Shown piece by piece: positions 1-12,429 of a stretch of 64,000 nt of DNA. Source of the DNA: Squalus acanthias (Eukaryota). The stretch is taken from assembly GCA_030390025.1 (NCBI GenBank), contig JASTWF010000069.1:310001-374000 (forward strand), given 5' to 3'. Every line of letters starts with the position of its first letter. The first letter of the stretch is position 1. The position numbers and the translations under genes are program-made. Under the pieces are notes generated by a model. That model was not told the origin of the DNA and did not search any database. It saw only the letters and a list, made by a program, of their open reading frames with translations.

Positions 1-308
1 TTATAAAACCCTGGTTCGGCCTCAACTGGAGTATTGGGGGCGATTTTCCCAATGGAGGCGGGTTTCGGTTTGGGTGGGTTCCAAACCCGCCTCCACTCAG
101 AGGTGGGAAAAATTTGCGATTTTCCCCTAATTGGCCAGTTGATTTCAGAGGTGTGAGTTCCCCTGGGCCAACTAGTGTTTTGGGACTGAAACTCGCCTCT
201 ACTGACGTCACTCATCCAGCGTCATTTAAGGGCTGCTTGTTGCCTTGGCTCATTCCACTGGTTCTTGGTCGATGCTGCACCACCTCCAAGCTGTTATCTC
301 CTTGAAGA

Positions 309-506
309 ATGGCCAGCTCCAAGGCAAGGGTCTCCCCGAGGTTCTCGGATGAGGCGCTGGGTATGCTGGTTGAGGGGGCGAGAGCTAGCAGGGAGGTGCT
401 CTTCCCCTCATCTGGGAGGAAGAGGCCTCCCAAAGAAACCAAGGCTGTGTGGGTCCAGCTGGCAAGGGATATAACCTCCAGATCTGTGTGCAGATTGGGT
501 GATTGA
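309..506 (+). pseudogene. Truncated Harbinger Myb/SANT-like DNA-binding protein
   Basis: PRFSDEALGMLVEGARASREVLFP...TKAVWVQLARDITS fits the Myb/SANT (MSANTD-type) helix pattern; breaks off before the third helix. Confidence 0.75.
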
Positions 507-687
507 TTCTGTTCATTGATGAAATGCCATCCCTGTGGGAATGTATTAAAATTAGGTGATGGCAAACTGTTGGCGTGATGGCATCTGTTATTTCGGCTTA
601 GGCAGCTCCACATTGCAGGCTCCACGACACTTGCGTGGTCAGGTTGGTGGTCAGAGTGAAAGGAGGCCAGAGAGTCATGTCCTTTGT

Positions 688-942
688 CTATCCTGTGTTA
701 AGAAGGAGCCAAGCACATGTGCCACAATGGGCAACCTGTGCAAATCTGGCCAGGATGAGTGCATTCCTTGCACGACGTGCTTCCATGCGCTGGCGCCTTC
801 TGCCCTGTGCAGCATCAGGTGGGTGAGCAGGAGGTTGGGGCTCCTGCTGCTGTTGCTGCTGAGCTGCCTGGTTCTGCTGCTGCCGTGGCTGCTCCTCATC
901 CGAATCTGAGGTCCATGATGAAAGGAAATAAATGGTTCCCAT
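688..942 (-). pseudogene. Harbinger transposase remnant (termini only, DDE core missing)
   Basis: MGTIYFLSSWTSDSDEEQ...EARRARNALILARF resembles Harbinger transposase N- and C-termini; no catalytic motifs. Confidence 0.55.
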
Positions 943-1450
943 GCTGCTGGCAGATACCTCCGTTGGGGAAGCGCTCAGTCCAAGTGGGGAGAGGGTCTTC
1001 CAAGGAGGTCCCACAGTTGAGAGATAGAAGCTGCAGCACCTCCGACTTCGGTAGGCCTGCAAAAAGTGCTGAAAGACCTTTGGAACAAAAGTTCTGCCAC
1101 CTGCAACAGCTTCCTGATGAAAGCTCCGTTTTAATGGAGCTGCAGCTGTGAGGAGGCCACCCACTTGTCAACCCGCCAGGATTGGCTGGCGTGGTTTAGG
1201 AGGGTCGTGCAACACGCACAAAATGTGGTAAAATAACAAAGGCCTGTCAAAATCGGATTGCAGAGGCCCTTAACTACCATTTAAGGGTCTACCTCTCCCG
1301 ATTGATGGAGGCGGGACCGAATCGCACCCATCAAACCCGCCTCCGGCAAAATTGCGCGGAGGCGGGTTCCGAACCCACCCTCAGTTTTTGCCATTTTGCC
1401 AACTGTCCCGCCTCCAAACCCACCTCCTCGGGGCTGGGAAAGTCACCCCC

Positions 1451-1965
1451 ACAGTGTCCAATTCTTGGCACCGCACTTTAGGAAGGATGTGAAGGCCTTA
1501 GAGAGGGTGCAGAAAAGATTTACTAGAATGGTCCCAGGGATGAGGGACTTCAGTTATGTGGATAGACTGGAGAAGGTTGAGAGGAGATTTGATAGAGGTG
1601 TCCAAAATCATGAGGGGTCTGGACAGAGTAGATAGAGAGAAACTGTTCCCATTGGTGGAAGGGTGGAGAACCAGAGGACACAGATTTAAGGTGATTGGCA
1701 GAACAACCAAAGGTGACATGAGGAAACGCTTTTTTACGCAGCGAGTGGTGAGGATCTGGAATGTTCTGCCTGAAATGGTGGTGGAGGCAGATTCAACCGT
1801 GGCTTTCAAAAGGGAATTGGATAAGTACCTGAAGGAAACAAATTTGCAGGGCTACGGGGAAAGGGTGGGGGAGTGGGACTAGCTGAAGTGCTCTTGCAGA
1901 GAGCCGGCACGGGCTCGACGGGCCGAATGGCCTCCTACTGTGCTGTAACCATTCTATGATTCTGA
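1451..1965 (+). mobile_element. CR1 LINE 3' fragment (continues from 1-35)
   Basis: [23 protein letters not shown] / RRLRGDLIEV / FFTQRVVRIWN plus CR1 3' tail. Confidence 0.9.
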
Positions 1966-2425
1966 CCCTCCGAGATCTCTGCGCTCCTCCAATTCTGGCC
2001 TCTAGCGCATCCCCCGATTTTAATCGCTACACCATTGGCGGCCGTGCCTTCAGCTGCCTGGGCCCTAAGCTCTGGAATTCCCTCCCTAAACCTCTCCGCC
2101 TCTCTCTCCTCCTTTAAGATGCTCCTTAAAACCTACCTCTTTGGCCAAGCGTTTGGTCACCTTTCCTAATATCTCCTTATCTGGCTCGGAGTCAAAATTT
2201 GTTTGATAATTGCTCCTGTGCAGCGCCTTGGGACGTTTTACTACGTTAAAGGCACTATATAAATGGAAGTTGTTGTTGTTGTTTTGGTTCCTGTATTAAT
2301 GGTGCTCAGCCAGGAGATGGCGGTGTTGTCCAGCTCAACGGGCCAATGGTAAACAGAGCACCAGCACCACCCGGTGGACGAAGGGAGGTATTGCAGGGAC
2401 ACCCTGGAGCAACATTAAAGAAAGA

Positions 2426-2700
2426 AATAAAAACAGAAAATGCTGGAGACACTCAGCAGGTCAGACAGCATCCGTGGAGAGAGAAACAGAGTTAACGTTT
2501 CAGGTCGATGACATTTCGTCAGAACTGGAAAAAAGCAGGAAATGGAACAGATTTTAAAGCAAGTTTCGGGGCTGGGAAATGGGGGAGGGGATGAAAGAAC
2601 AAAAGGGAAGGTCTGTGATAGGATAAAAGGCAGGAGAATTAAAGAGACATTAAGAGATATTCAAGGCAAAAGGAGATGGTGATGGGACAGGTTAAGAAAC
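2426..2700 (-). mobile_element. 3' end fragment of Penelope-like family 2
   Basis: Reverse complement matches the 38560-38700 tail; flanked by AAAGAAAGA; absent from the paralog at 58510. Confidence 0.75.
2490..2526 (-). ncRNA. Minimal hammerhead ribozyme motif (family 2)
   Basis: Minus strand AGTT-CTGACGA-AATGTCATCGACCT-GAAA-CGTT-AACT. Confidence 0.65.
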
Positions 2701-2922
2701 AAAGAAAGACTCGTATTTCTCCAGCGCCTTTCACCATCTCAGGACGTCCCAAAGCGCTTCACAGCCAATGAAGTACCTTTTTTGAAGTGTAGTCACTGTT
2801 GTAATGTAGGAAATGCGGCAGCCAATTTGCGCACAGCAAGCTCCCACAAACAGCAATGTGATAAATGACCAGAATGAGAAGTCGCACAACACCAGGTTAT
2901 AGTCCAACAGTTTTATTTGAAA

Positions 2923-2965
2923 TCACAAGCTTTCGGAGCTATCGATCGCCCCTTCCTCAGGTGAA
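2923..2965 (-). ncRNA. Minimal hammerhead ribozyme motif (family 1, inverted arm)
   Basis: Reverse complement of 4255-4297. Confidence 0.7.
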
Positions 2966-4254
2966 GTAAAGAGATACAGAATCGCCAAAGCATATATAGA
3001 TAGAGAACAATGCATGTGTTACTTACAAAAGCAGACGACTACATTTAAATCACCCTGACTGTTTATCTGCCGAGGTGTGACAAAGGCAATCAGGTCACAT
3101 CAAAGACATAGCAAGATACAACTGAGACAATGAGGTGGAGCCACAGGGGGTCCAATGTGTCAAAAGCCGCAGTATGGGAAACGATAAACTTTAAAAATTT
3201 TACTTTTTTACTGGGAATCACATCTGTTAACAAGCCAACGACGACTCGAGTCTGGATCACGTCATGTATCGTGACATAAACCCAAGATCCCGGTTGAGGC
3301 CATCCTCATGAGTGCGGAACTTGGCTATCAGTTTCTGCTCGATGATTTTGCGTTGTCGTGTGTTTCTAAGTCCGCCTTGGAGAACGCTTACCCGCAGATC
3401 CGAGGCTGAATGTCCTTGACTGCTGAAGTGTTCCCCGACTGGGAGGGAACACTCCTGCCTGGTGATTGTTGCGCGGTGTCCGTTCATACGTTGTCTCAGT
3501 GTCTGCATGGTCTCGCCGATGTACCATGCCGCGGTGCATTCTTTCCTGCAACGTATGAGGTAGACAACGTTGGCCGACACAGATACCATCATCACACGTG
3601 AGGACACTACCCACCAGGTACATGGTACATACTCATGTGACTCGGCCAACGTTGTCTACCTCATACGTTGCAGGAAAGAATGCACCGCGGCATGGTACAT
3701 CGGCGAGACCATGCAGACACTGAGACAACGTATGAACGGACACCGCGCAACAATCACCAGGCAGGAGTGTTCCCTCCCAGTCGGGGAACACTTCAGCAGT
3801 CAAGGACATTCAGCCTCGGATCTGCGGGTAAGCGTTCTCCAAGGCGGACTTAGAAACACACGACAACGCAAAATCATCGAGCAGAAACTGATAGCCAAGT
3901 TCCGCACTCATGAGGATGGCCTCAACCGGGATCTTGGGTTTATGTCACGCTACATGACGTGATCCAGACTCGAGTCGTCGTTGGCTTGTTAACAGATGTG
4001 ATTCCCAGTAAAAAAGTAAAAATTTTAAAGTTTATCGTTTCCCATACTGCGGCTTTTGACACATTGGACCCCCTGTGGCTCCACCTCATTGTCTCAGTTG
4101 TATCTTGCTATGTCTTTGATGTGACCTGATTGCCTTTTGTCACACCTCGGCAGATAAACAGTCAGGGTGATTTAAATGTAGTCGTCTGCTTTTGTAAGTA
4201 ACACATGCATTGTTCTCTATCTATATATGCTTTGGCGATTCTGTATCTCTTTAC

Positions 4255-4297
4255 TTCACCTGAGGAAGGGGCGATCGATAGCTCCGAAAGCTTGTGA
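4255..4297 (+). ncRNA. Minimal hammerhead ribozyme motif (family 1)
   Basis: TCAC-CTGAGGA-A-GGGGC(GATCGATA)GCTCC-GAAA-GCTT-GTGA: stem I, CUGANGA, stem II, GAAA, palindromic AAGCTT. Confidence 0.7.
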
Positions 4298-4552
4298 TTT
4301 CAAATAAAACTGTTGGACTATAACCTGGTGTTGTGCGACTTCTCATTTTTGTCCACCCCAGTCCAACACCGGCATCTCCGCATCATGACCATAAATGACC
4401 AGATCATCTGTTTAAGTGATATTGATTGAGGGATAAATATTGGCCGCAGGACACCGGGAAGAACTCCCCTGCTCTTCTTCCAATAGTGGGCATGGGATAT
4501 TTTACATCCACCTGAGAGGGCAGACGGGGCCTCGGTTTAACCTCTCCAAATA

Positions 4553-5052
4553 ACGGCCCCTCCGACAGTGTGGCGCTCCCTCAGTACTGCCCCTCCCTCA
4601 GTGCGGCACTCCCTCAGTACTGCCTCTCCGACAGGGCAGCGCTCCCTCAGTACTGCCCCTCCGACAGTGCGGCGCTCCCTCAGTACCGCCCCTCCGACAG
4701 TGCGGCGCTCCCTCAGTACTGCCCCTCCGACAGTGCGGCGCTCCCTCAGTACTGCCCCTCCGACAGTGCGGCGCTCCCTCAGTACTGCCCCTCCGACAGT
4801 GCGGCGCTCCCTCAGTACTGCCCCTCCGACAGTGCGGCGCTCCCTCAGTACTGCCCCTCCGACAGTGCGGCGCTCCCTCAGTACTGCCCCTCCGACAGTG
4901 CGGCGCTCCCTCAGTACTGCCCCTCCGACAGTGCGGCGCTCCCTCAGTACTGCCCCTCCGACAGTGCGGCGCTCCCTCAGTACTGCCCCTCCGACAGTGC
5001 GGCGCTCCCTCAGTACTGCCCCTCCGACAGTGCGGCGCTCCCTCAGTACTGC
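4553..5052. repeat. 33-bp SINE-internal minisatellite, about 15 units
   Basis: Unit CAGTACTGCCCCTCCGACAGTGCGGCGCTCCCT. Confidence 0.97.
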
Positions 5053-5529
5053 ACTGGGAGTGTTAGCCTGGATTTTGTGCTCAAGTTCTCTGGAGTGGGA
5101 CTTGAACCCACAACCTTCTGACTCAGAGGCGAGAGTGCTACCCACTGAGCCACGGCTGATGCCTCAATTTGAGAGTTCTCTGGACATTGTGAACAGGATC
5201 CCCACAAGTCATCTTCAGGAGGAGAATGTGCAGTAAATTAAGATGCAGAAACTCTTCACCATGAAGTACTCTCTCTCTCCACCTCGTCAAACACAGCGAG
5301 CTAACCCGTCCTCTGTTCAAAAGAAACTGCTTGAAAATGAATGGATGGATAAGTTTAATTTCTGGAAAGGGTCGTTAACTAAACTTCTTTAACTGGATTT
5401 GTTTCAAACCCCGCTCTTTCGGAGGATATCAATTTATTGCATCATATGTATTTATAGGGGAGTTTAAAAAGATCACAGGGTTTTCTGAGGGCGGTTTTAT
5501 CACAATCTGAGGGCTTTCTATTGTAATTC

Positions 5530-6655
5530 ATAGATTCATAGAAATTTACAGCACAGAAGGAGGCCATTCGACTCACCGTGTCTGTGCCGGCCGAATGAGC
5601 TATCCAGTCTAAAGGTTACGGCACTTCAAGTGCATATCCAAGAACTTTTTAAATGTGATGAGGGTTTCTGCCTCTACCACCCTTTCAGGCAGTGAGTTCC
5701 AGACCCCCACCACCCTCTGGGTGAAAAAAGTTCTCAACTCCCCTCTAATCCTTCTACCAATTACTTTAAATCTCTGCCCCCTGGTTATTGACCTCTCTGC
5801 TGGGGGAAATAGGTCCTTCCCAGCCACTCTATCTCGGCCCCTCATCATTTTATACACCTCAATTAGGCTCCCCTCAGCCTCCTCTGTTCCAAAGAAAACA
5901 ATCCCAGCCTATCCAATCTTTCTAAGGATAAGGGGCAAGCCATTTAGGACTGAGATGAGGAGGAATTTCTTCACCCAGAGAGTGGTGAACCTGTGGAATT
6001 CTCTACCACAGAAGGCAGTTGAGGCCAATTCATTAAATATATTCAAGAAGAAGTTAGATATATTTCTTAAGGCTAAAGGGATCAAGGGATGTGGGGAGAA
6101 AGCAGGGACAGGGTACTGAATTTGGATGATCAGCCATGATCTCATTAAATGGCGGAGCAGGCTCGAGGGGCCGAATGGCCTACTCCTGCTCCTATCTTCT
6201 ATGTTTCTATGTTTCCTCATAGCTGAAATTCCCCAGCCCAGGCAACATCCTTATCTTGCGTAGCAACCTTTTATGTGGCACTTTATCGAATGCCTTTTGG
6301 AAATCCAAATATACCATGTCCATTGGTTCCCCTTTATCTACCCTGCTAGTTACCTCCTCAAAAAACTCTAATAAATTTGTCAAACACGATTTCCCTTTCA
6401 TAAAACCATGTTGACTCTGCCTAATCATATTATGATTTTTTAAGTGCCCTGTTACCACTTCCTTAATAATGGATTCCAGCATTTTCCCGACGACTGATAT
6501 CAGGCTAACTGGTCTGCAGTTCCCGGTTTCATCCCTCCCTCCTTTCTTGAATAGCGGGGTTACATTTGCTCCCTTCCAATCCACTGGGACCGTTCTAGAA
6601 TCTAGGGAATTTTGGAAGATCACACCCAATGCATCCACTATCTCTGCACCACCTC
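5530..6655. mobile_element. Cluster of CR1 LINE fragments in both orientations
   Basis: FFTQRVV.WNSLP motifs; SQHGFMKGKSCLTNLLEFF...YLDFQKAFDKVPH RT motifs on minus strand. Confidence 0.9.
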
Positions 6656-6884
6656 CTTTACAACCCTAGAAGTGTAAACTGAAATTGTAGATGGGAAATT
6701 GGCCCATCACATCTCGCCACTAGAATTGCTTCAATACAAAGCTTTGACTGTAGCTGAAAACATCAGGTCAAGTGGACATCAAAGTGTTTTATTTTGCTAA
6801 TTATTCGCTAGTTCTGCTCTGTTTAAACCTGTATTTCCCACAAGCGGATGAATATATTGTAAATTGACTGATGATGTTGAATGT

Positions 6885-7222
6885 GAAAGAAAGACTCGCA
6901 TTTCTCCAGCACCTTTCACCACCTCAGGACGTCCCAAAGCGCTTCTCAGACAATGAAGTACTTTTTTTGAAGTGTGGTCACTGATGTAATGTAGGAAACA
7001 CGGCAGCCAATTTGCGCACAGCAAGCTCCCACGAACAGCAATGTGATAATGACCAGAGAGTCTGTTTTTTAGTGATGTTGATTGAGGGATAAATATTGGC
7101 CTCAGGACGCCGGGGAGAACTCTCCCCCTGCTCTTCTTTGAAATAGTGGCCGTGGGATCTTTTACATCCACCTGAGAGGGCAGACGGAGCCCTCGGTTTA
7201 ACGTCTCATCTGAAAGACGGCT
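6885..7222 (-). mobile_element. Deu-type SINE 3' portion
   Basis: Same body/tail as the SINE at 2415-5160; absent from the inverted paralog near 63840. Confidence 0.8.
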
Positions 7223-8369
7223 GATGTCTTGTGAGGATTAAAATGAATCCTGTCAGCGATTGCAAGAGTCACTGATGATTCCCTCCCTGACACTGCTCCT
7301 GTCAATTGATTTTTTTCGTGAAATGTCGAGTTTTTCCAATTGTTCAATCGTTACTTTTAATCGGCCGATATTTATTTTTCTGAAATCTTCTATCGTGGTG
7401 AAGGTGGAAATAATCTACATTGGAGGGTGCAGTGGGGACAGGAGCTTTCATTCCTGGTTTTCTAACAAGTGAGGGCAAATTATAACACAGGTTAGGGTTA
7501 AAGCCATTGCTCACACCCTGTGTATTGGATTGGTGAAGAATTACTTGCACACTGTGTGGGTGTAAGATGGTGATGTTTCCTGAGAGCCGTGTCTGACACA
7601 CTCGGAGGAATTTCTCTTCTCATTGAGATCCGTTTCTCAGACAACAAGATCAGGTTTTGTTTTAACTCTATCAGGGGCAAAGCTATGTGCTGACTTGAAC
7701 TGCGAGCAGGAATTGTGGTGAAATTTCCAAAATATTATCGAGAGGGATGTGTCAATAAAATTGGGTCAGTGAAACTGGCTCCTGTGTTTCCCGTGTGTCT
7801 TCTGTTGATAAACATTTCGATTGAACGAGAGTTTATATTTACAAGCGAGTGACTGTGTTAAAATCTGTTCATGAGACAGGGACTGATCTGATCTGCACTC
7901 TGCAACACTGAACATCTTGATTTTACAGACACATTTTGTGCCGCTTTTGTGCAGATTGAATGGTCTATTTGCTTATTTCCCAATTCACAGATGTAGGTTT
8001 CACTCTCAAACACGTGTAGGTGTGAATTTCAGTGCAGGAAGCGCACAGACCATAATAATCAGTTAAATATTAATGTCCCTGTGTAATCCAGTTCTGCTCC
8101 TTTAGATTTCCACTTTATTCCCCGTCAGTTGTGTCTGGGAACCAGGAACAAAAGATGGCCCAAAATTTGCATTAAAATCCGAGTCATCCAGTTTCGGGAT
8201 TTATCACCAGTGAGATTATCCGTCTGACCCTCTCCGTATTCCACATTTAAAATTAAATGTTCAGCCCTAAAACCGAGAGGCTTTTCCGCCTGTTCTGGGA
8301 GTGAATTGAATGAGTGTAAAATGTTGAATTTAGCAACAATGTTTGATGGTAAATGATCATTTAACAACC

Positions 8370-9345
8370 CCAACTTGCAATTATACAGCACCTTTAACGT
8401 AGTAAAATGTCCCAGGGCGCTTCACAGGAGTGTTAAATTACCAGGAGAGATTACACAAACTAGGATTGTATTCCCTGGAGTTTAGATGGTGAAGGGCTGA
8501 TCTGATCGAAGTTTTCAGGATATTAAGGGGAACTGATGGGGTAGATAGAGAGAAACTATTTCTGCTGGTTGGGGATTCTAGGACTAGGGTAACATAGTCT
8601 AAAAATTAGAGCCAGACCTTTCAGGAGTGAAATTAGGAAACACTTCGACACACAAAGGGTGGTAGAAGTTTGGAACTCTCTTCCACAAACGGCAACTGAT
8701 GCTGGGGGCCAATTGTTAATTTTAAATCGGAGACTGATGGCTTTTTGTTAACCAGCGGTATTGAGGGATATGGCCAAAGGCGGGTGGATGGAGTTAGGTC
8801 ACAGATCAGCCATGATCTCATTGAATGGCGGAACAGGCTCGAGGGGCTGAATGGCCTCCTCCTGTTCCTATGTTATCAAACAAAATTAGACATCAACCCA
8901 CATAAGGAGATATTAGAGCAGGCGACCAAAAGCTTGGTCAAAGAGGCAGGTTTTGAGGAACATCTTAAAGGAGGAGAGAGAGGCGGAGAGAGCAATCAAT
9001 AGGTTGGGGCAATGTAGACATTTGATCGGAGAAGTCCATTCACCCGGATAGTGCTTTAGGTTGAGAGGAAAAGTCAGATTATTCCCATCTATATAGTGCA
9101 CGAGGATTTATCGCAGCCCAATCCAATATTTTGAACGCATGTTATTTGTCGAGTTACACTGCAGATAGATTTCACTGTTAAACACGTGTCTGTGTCCATG
9201 GGATGTGGGTGTCGTTGCCAAGGCTGCCGTGTTTCCTACATTACAACAGTGACCACACTTCAAAAGTACTTCATTGGCTGTGAAGCGCTTTGGGACGTGC
9301 TGAGGTGGTGAAAGGCGCTGGAGAAATGCAAGTCTCACTTTTTAA
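8370..9345. mobile_element. L2-like tail, CR1 3' fragment and SINE tail
   Basis: CR1 3' end about 8440-8870 nested in an L2-like tail; SINE tail about 9220-9340. Confidence 0.7.
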
Positions 9346-10344
9346 ACCGAAAGAATCATTTCTTATACACCATCCGATATGGACTCCTAAAGTTATCTAC
9401 AGTTCACACACAATTCAGAAGTGCTTTAACAGCAACAAAATGAAAACCTTCTGACTTCAAAATACATGCCCTGATGTGAGAAAAAGGTCTATATTATACT
9501 AACCCCTTAAAAGAAAGCTTTACTTAAACTTAATGTTCAAAGTAGGCCATCAGCACCATCGCATCATTGAGACAGAAATAGTTAACAGTCTGACTGTATC
9601 GGGGAATTCCAAGTGTATAAACAAAAATATCTGTGTAAACTTTCATCAGCTGGGAACGTGTCCAAACTCCAATGAATATTGGCAAGTAGCCATGAGTCCA
9701 GTGTATTTACGAACTGAAGTTGGGCAATAATTCGCCACATTCAGCCACAAGTCATTGTGCAGCTGTTTTTACCAGTGTGAGTGTTAATTGTGTGTGAGTG
9801 TGAGTGTGGAATTTCAAATGGACGGAACAGTGGTAATTCCTGATATAACCAGGAAAAAGTTAGTTGCCAGATGGGAGGACATCAGAGGCTGATTAATGCC
9901 AGATCTAAGGCTAAAGTGGTTTCACAATGTTTTGTGAGAATCTAGACCCCATCTAGTAATATCACTAACCTTAGTATTGCAGCTAATCAGAGATTTATTT
10001 CAGGACCAATGTTCTCTATGCTGCTTACAGTTCCAAGTTTTACAATACTGATTCTCAGCCTGTAAGCTGCCAATATAGACTGGAGTTAGCCTGTAAGTTT
10101 GGATCTGAGACCCTGATCTGTGGCTCCAGCCAGACAATACCAATTGAATTGTCGCGGCTAGGAGAGAGAGAGCAGGTCAATTTTAAAATGTTTTGCGGGG
10201 GGGGGGCGGAAACCACTACACTGTCAAAATATCTAAAGCAGGTCTGTTTAAAGTTTATCACATGCCCAGGAGATCCGTGGAACCCCTGACCACTTTTTAA
10301 TATCATACTGGAATTCTGCTCCATATTACAGAAAGCATATCGAG

Positions 10345-11680
10345 GCACTGGAGAAGGTGCAGAAGAAAATTTGCAAGGCGATACCAGAACTGAGAGGTTA
10401 CAACGATCAGGAAAGGCTGAACAGGCTGGGGCTCTTTTCTCTAGAAAAGAGAAGGCTGAGGGGTGACCTGATAGAGGTCTTTAAAATTATGAAGGGTTCG
10501 ATAGGGTAGACGTAGAGAAGATGTTTCCACTTGTGGGGGAGACCAGAACTAGGGGCCATCAATATAAGATAGTCACTAATAAATCCAATAGGGAATTCAG
10601 GAGAAACTTCTTTCCCCAGAGAGTGGTGAGAATGGGGAACTCGCTACCACAGGGAGTGGTTGAGGCGAAGAGCAGAGATACATTTAAGGGGAAGCTGGAT
10701 AAACACACGAGGGAGAAAGGAATAGAAGGATATGGTGATGGGGTGAGGTGAAGAGGGGTGGGAGGAGGCTGGTGTGGAGCAGAAACACCGGCACGGACCA
10801 GTTGGGCCGAATGGCCTGTTTCTGCGGTGTAGGTTTGATGTAATTCTATGTACTCCATGTTGTTCCAAAGCAAAGCACTCTCCCTGGGCAAGGGCAACTA
10901 GTCACAGGTCTGAACTCCCAGTCAGATGAAATTTAACACAAAGAAGAGTGAAGTGATACATTTCGGTAGGAAGAATGAGGAAAGGCAGTATAAACTAGAT
11001 GGTACAATTTTAAAAGGGAAGCAGGAACAGAGACCTGGGCATGTATGCGCACAAATCTTTGAAGGTGGCAGGGCAGGTTGAGCAGGCTGTTCAGAAAAGC
11101 ACATGGGGTCCTGGGCTTTATTAATAGAGAAATAGAGTACAAAAGCAAGGAAGTTATTGCTAAACCCTTTATAAAACACTGGTTAGGCCCCAGCTGGAGT
11201 ATTGAGTCCAATTCTGGGCACCACACACTTTAGGAAGGATGTCAAGGCCTTGGAGAGGGTGCGGAGGAGATTGACCAGAATGGTGCCAGGGATGGGGGGC
11301 TTCAGTTATGTGGAGAAGCTGGGGTCGTTCTCCTTGGAGCAGAGAAGGTTAAGGGGAGATTTAAGAGGCGTTCAAAATCATGAGGGGTTTTGATAGAGTA
11401 AATAAGGAGAAACTGTTTCCAGTGGCAGGAGGGTCGGTAACCAGAGGACACAGATTGAAGGTGATTGGCAAAAGAACCAGAGGGGGAGATGAGGAGGATT
11501 TAATTTACGCAGCGAGTTGTTGTGATCTGGAACGCGCTGCCTGAAAGGGCGGTGGAAGCAGATTCAATAGTAACTTTCAAAAGGGGAATTGGAGAAATAC
11601 TTGTAAAGGAAAGATTATGCAGGGCTGTGGGGAAAGAGCAGGGGCGGGAATGGCCTCCTTCTGTGCTGTGTGGTTCTATG
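10345..11680 (+). mobile_element. Two CR1 LINE 3' fragments
   Basis: RRLRGDL, RRNFFPQRVV, FRKDVKALERV motifs. Confidence 0.9.
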
Positions 11681-11967
11681 AGCTCCTCCCAAGGGCTGGA
11701 AACTGGCCCAGCTCTTGGATTGAGCAATTCAGGAAATTACACCTGGCGGCACGTCACTGTACAGGTGAGGATTCTCTGAGCAGGCGGGCTCACTTCGAGT
11801 TAGTCTTCAGCCCCTGGATGGTCCACAGCCTACACATGCCAATCCAGCGCCCCGGCTCCCTTTGGTACATGTTTCACAAGTGCCTGGAGGAGATAATCTG
11901 TTCAACCAAAGAGCCAGCAGCTCCCTGCCTTGTTTTATGTTGAAACCGCATCTCCGACTTACTGTTT

Positions 11968-11979
11968 AAAAGCGAAACT
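11968..11979 (+). promoter_or_regulatory. Candidate IRF-binding element upstream of gene A ATG
   Basis: AAAAGCGAAACT fits the IRF-E core AAA(G/C)(T/C)GAAA(G/C)(T/C); about 130 bp upstream of the ATG. Confidence 0.4.
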
Positions 11980-12108
11980 GTTCAGAAAGTCCGATAGAGC
12001 TCTTACCGGGAGTGTCCCTCCCGCTGTGTCTTCGATCCGTTTCAAGGAGAGGGAGATTCCCAATCCAGGAACTTCTGTGCCTCTCTCCAGCTGTGATATT
12101 CAGTGAGC

Positions 12109-12132
12109 ATGAGGGGGCCCTTTATCTCCAAG
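12109..12132 (+). CDS. Gene A first coding exon (MRGPFISK)
   Basis: Acceptor CTCTCTCCAG at 12090, AGCATGA start context, donor AAG|GTAGGT, phase 0 matching the next exon. Confidence 0.65.
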
Positions 12133-12429
12133 GTAGGTTAGCAATCCAGTGCAGCCTATTCACTGAGTGTAAATGGCGTCAGGGGGGTTATACTGGGAGG
12201 GGAGGCTTTGGGATGTCATGTCTTTCAGCACCACCTCTATCCCACCTCTAGACCTTTTCATTTTTCTCTCTGCCATTTGTTTTAGCTTCATTTCCAGTGT
12301 TTTAATTCCCTTTTTGCATCTTTCATCTCTCGTGTCCAATCCTGTTATGTTGGTTTTGTCAATCGTGTTCTGGTATGATATTGCGCCCAGCGCCTGTGTT
12401 AATTCTCTCTCTTTCTAACCTGTAAATAT

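Larger units (their letters stand above)
36..1450. mobile_element. Internally deleted PIF/Harbinger DNA transposon inserted in a CR1 fragment
   Basis: 16-bp TIRs GGGGGCGATTTTCCCA (36-51) / TGGGAAAGTCACCCCC (1435-1450, 2 mismatches); splits a CR1 ORF2 segment; convergent Myb/SANT-like and transposase-remnant ORFs; repeated subterminal GGAGGCGGG motifs. No clean TSD seen. Confidence 0.8.
2874..4390. mobile_element. Penelope-like element 3' portion arranged as an inverted repeat (GIY-YIG + 3' UTR in both arms)
   Basis: Arms about 2874-3577 and 3642-4347 are near-perfect reverse complements; VVYLIRC...WYIGET GIY-YIG; 13-bp TSD ATAAATGACCAGA (2861-2873, 4391-4403). Confidence 0.92.
2415..5160 (-). 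mobile_element. tRNA-derived Deu-type SINE with internal 33-bp array, interrupted by two Penelope-like insertions
   Basis: Minus-strand A box TGGCTCAGTGG and B box GGTTCAAGTCC near 5160-5095; body and tail match the uninterrupted paralog at about 58505-60170. Confidence 0.8.

Noticed and set aside
5085-5160. tRNA gene (also 14700-14765, 19410-19500, 60095-60170)
   Set aside because: A/B boxes run straight into SINE body; these are SINE heads.
4537-5236. Long periodic ORFs (STAPPTVRRSL, LRERRTVGGAV), also at 13300-14728, 41651-43040, 58841-60418
   Set aside because: Translations of the 33-bp minisatellite; open in several frames on both strands.
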